From NCBI RefSeq assembly GCF_009931435.1, contig NZ_CP043414.1: 64,000 nt of DNA. One strand, 5' to 3'. The notes beneath the pieces are model-generated. The model was given only the letters and a program-made list of their open reading frames with translations. It was not told the origin of the DNA and did not search any database. Numbering within the stretch: the stretch's first letter is position 1; every line of letters starts with the position of its first letter. Below are positions 60,767 through 64,000 of the stretch, piece by piece. This DNA comes from Escherichia coli. GTDB lineage: Bacteria; Pseudomonadota; Gammaproteobacteria; Enterobacterales; Enterobacteriaceae. Made by a program: the position numbers and the translations under genes.

Positions 60767-62118
60767 GTCCCATTCTCCTGTAAAGCGCGTACTACCTCTT
60801 CCATGGCAGCACTACGTGAACCCTTAACTAAAATCGTAATTACCTGTTGCTCAGCAATCAGTGATTTAAGACGTGTGATAAGCGCAGTTTTATCGGCAAA
60901 ATGTTCACCAACGCCGCTGGCGGTACTGATAGCATGGCTTTGTTTACCCACACTTAACACGCGGTCAATACCCGCCGCCTTCGCCGCTTCGCCCACCTGT
61001 ACATGGCAGGCCTCGCTTTCAGCGCCCAGTTCCGCCATATCGCCCACCACCAGCACACGGTAGCCCGGCATTTCAGCCAGTACCTGAACAGCGGCGGTCA
61101 TGGAGCCGACGTTAGCGTTGTAGGAGTCGTCGAGCAGCAACTGATTTTCCGCCAGTTGAATGGGGAACAGACGGCCAGGAACAGCTTTCAGATTTGCCAG
61201 CCCCGCTTTAATAGCATCAAGCGTTGCGCCCACGGACATGGAGAGCGCAGCGGCTGCCAGCGCATTCGCAATATTGTGACGCCCCGGCAACGGCAGCAGA
61301 ACATCGACGCTACCCGTTGGGGTTTGCAGCGTAAATTCCGTACCGTGCGAGGTCACGTGGATATTGGTGGCGGTGAAATCGCTGTTGTTAGCATTCGGTG
61401 AGAAGCGCCACACTTTGCGTGAGCCAATCACACTCTGCCAGTTCAGCCAGTCGTTGTTGTCGGCATTCATAATGGCGATACCGTTTTCCGGCAGGCCGCT
61501 AAAGATTTCACCTTTCGCTTTCGCGACACCCGCAAGCGAGCCAAAACCTTCCAGATGCGCCGCTGCCAGGTTGTTGACCAGCGCCGCTTCCGGGCGAGTC
61601 AGACTCACAGTCCAGGCAATTTCGCCCTGATGGTTCGCGCCAAGTTCAATTACTGCGTAATCGTACTCTGGCGTTAAGCGCAACAGCGTCATCGGTACAC
61701 CGATGTCGTTGTTGAGATTGCCTGCCGTATAAAGCGTGTTGCCACACTGGCTTAAAATCGCTGCCGTCATCTCTTTAACGGAGGTTTTGCCGGAGGAACC
61801 GGTCAGAGCAACCACGCGCGCCGGAACTTGCTGGCGAACCCATGCAGCCAGTTCACCAAACGCCAGACGAGTATCCTTGACGATTACCTGCGGCAGATCG
61901 ATATCCAGCGGACGGCTAACCAGTAGTGCCCCCGCACCGCCAGCTTTCGCCTGGTCAGCAAAATCATGGGCATCGAAACGTTCGCCTTTCAGGGCAACAA
62001 ACAGGCAACCCGGCGTCAGTTTTCGCGTGTCAGTGGTTACAGCATCAAGGGTGATATCTGCCCCTTTTAGTTCACCGTTGAGAATATCGGTAAGTTGGCT
62101 AAGGGTTACGCTAATCAT
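60760..62118 (-). CDS. murF: UDP-MurNAc-tripeptide--D-alanyl-D-alanine ligase
   Basis: 452 aa; Mur ligase P-loop GSSGKTS. Confidence 0.97.
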
Positions 62119-63602
62119 GCAATTACCCCCAGCAGACGCGCTACCGTGACGCGATCGGAATAGTCGAGACGCTGATTGCCAACAATCTGGTAATCTTCAT
62201 GGCCTTTGCCCGCGACCAGTACCACATCGTTCTCTTTAGCCTGCATAACGGCGCAAGTCACCGCTTCAGCGCGGCCTTCCATCACTTTGGCATGTCCGGC
62301 ATCTAACATTCCCGCCAGAATATCGTTGATGATGGCACGCGGCTCTTCGGTACGCGGGTTATCGTCCGTCACCACCGCCACGTCAGCAAACTCTTCAGCA
62401 ATTGCTCCCATCAGTGGACGCTTACCTTTATCGCGATCGCCACCACAGCCAAAGACGCACCACAGCTTGCCCGCACAGTGCAAACGCGCCGCCTGTAAGG
62501 CTTTTTCCAGTGCATCTGGCGTATGCGCGTAATCCACCACTACCGTCGGTTTGCCTGGCGCAGTGAACACTTCCATACGTCCACAAACCGGCTGCAGGCG
62601 TGCGGCAGTTTTCAGCAGGTCAGCCAACGGATAGCCCAGCGCCAGCAGCGTCGCCAGCGCCAGCAGCAAGTTGCTGACGTTAAAAGCGCCCATCAGATGG
62701 CTTTCAATTTCGCCATCGCCCCAGCTTGAGCTAAAGCGAATAGTCGCACCGCTGTCGTGATAGTTCACTTCAGTCGCTTTCAACCAGCGTCCGTGACAGT
62801 TCGGATTGATATGATCTTCCATTGATACCGCAACCGCGTCCGGCAGTTTTGCCAGCCAGCGGCGGCCCACTTCATCGTCGGCGTTAATAATCGCCTGACC
62901 GCAATGATGCTCAGAATAAAGCAGCCATTTCGCGGCTTCGTAGTGTTCCATATCACCATGATAATCAAGGTGATCGCGGCTTAAGTTGGTAAAGACCGAC
63001 GCCGCAAATTTCAATGCCGCCACACGGTGCTGTACCAGTCCGTGGGAGGAAACTTCCATTGCGCAAAAAGTCGCGCCCTGATCCACCAGTCCCGCCAGCT
63101 CATGCTGAACATCGACTGCCGAACCGGTGGTATTTTCTGTCGGGATCACTTTTCCCAGCAGGCCGTTACCAACAGTCCCCATTACCGCGCTGGTTTCGCC
63201 AAGCAGTTGGCTCCACTGCGCCAGCAGCTGGGTAGTCGTGGTTTTGCCGTTGGTGCCCGTTACGCCCACGAGACGTAAATTGTCAGAGGGTTCATGGTAA
63301 AAGCGGCCCGCCAGTGCAGATAAACGCTCATTGAGCTGGCTGAGATAGATGACTGGTACGCCGTGCATTTCACGGATTTCACCGTCGGTCGCCTCATCTT
63401 TCGCCTCTGCAATAATGGCAGCCACACCTTGCGCTATCGCCTGCGGGATATATCGACGCCCGTCCGCCTGATGACCTACTACAGCTACAAAGAGATCGCC
63501 CGCCGCAGCCACACGGCTGTCGAGTGTCATCTCTCGCAGTGCTCGCGAAGGTGCGTCTGGCACCCACGGAGCAAGAAGGTCGCGCAAATTACGATCTGCC
63601 AC
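62115..63602 (-). CDS. murE: UDP-MurNAc-L-Ala-D-Glu--meso-diaminopimelate ligase
   Basis: 495 aa; Mur ligase P-loop GTNGKTTTT. Confidence 0.97.
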
Positions 63603-64000
63603 CTGTCCCCTCGCCTTGATTAATCACAAATTCATTTTTATCACCCGTTGTCAGCGCATCCGGCTCGATGTTCATGGTACGCAATACGCCGCCCATGATG
63701 GCACCAAAGACCGGCGCGGAAACGGCGCCGCCGTAGTATTTACCCGCCTGCGGATCGTTGATAACAACAACCAGCGCGAAGCGCGGCTGACTCGCAGGCG
63801 CAACGCCTGCGGTATAAGCAATATATTTATTGATGTAGCGACCGTCCGGCCCGACCTTTTTCGCGGTACCGGTTTTAATGGCGATACGATAGCCTTTAAT
63901 CGCCGCCTTCACGCCGCCGCCGCCCGGTAGCGCCACGCTTTCCATCATATGCACTACGGTGCGAACAATGGATTCCGGGAAGACACGTTCACCAGGAACC
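63589..64000 (-). CDS. ftsI: Peptidoglycan D,D-transpeptidase FtsI (PBP3), 3' portion only; 5' end lies beyond the window
   Basis: Frame open to window edge; C-terminus ...KTGTAKK...[47 protein letters not shown]; 14-nt overlap with murE start. Confidence 0.9.

Overview
The window reads as the reverse complement of a well-known Escherichia coli (K-12-like) core chromosome segment, running from the yad chaperone-usher fimbrial operon (yadN, window start) to the dcw cell-division/cell-wall cluster (ftsI, truncated at window end). I call 56 protein-coding genes in conserved synteny, identified from the supplied translations (diagnostic motifs, known N-termini) and gene order; where the ORF track starts upstream of the known N-terminus I moved the start to the conserved ATG/GTG. 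Coordinates include the stop codon. I found no rRNA, tRNA, CRISPR array, prophage, IS element or obviously foreign insertion. Non-coding features I can support are one ERIC element, two REP clusters, several hairpin terminators at gene ends, a CueR-type operator at cueO and a PdhR operator at pdhR. On the prompt's suggestion of an undescribed system: I do not see convincing evidence of one. The least-characterised loci, and the best places to look, are the yadG-yadH-yadI-yadE cluster, the repetitive secreted protein YacH, and in-frame short tandem repeats in rpnC and hofB. Nothing here was computed or searched against a database; all calls are by eye and from memory of the families.
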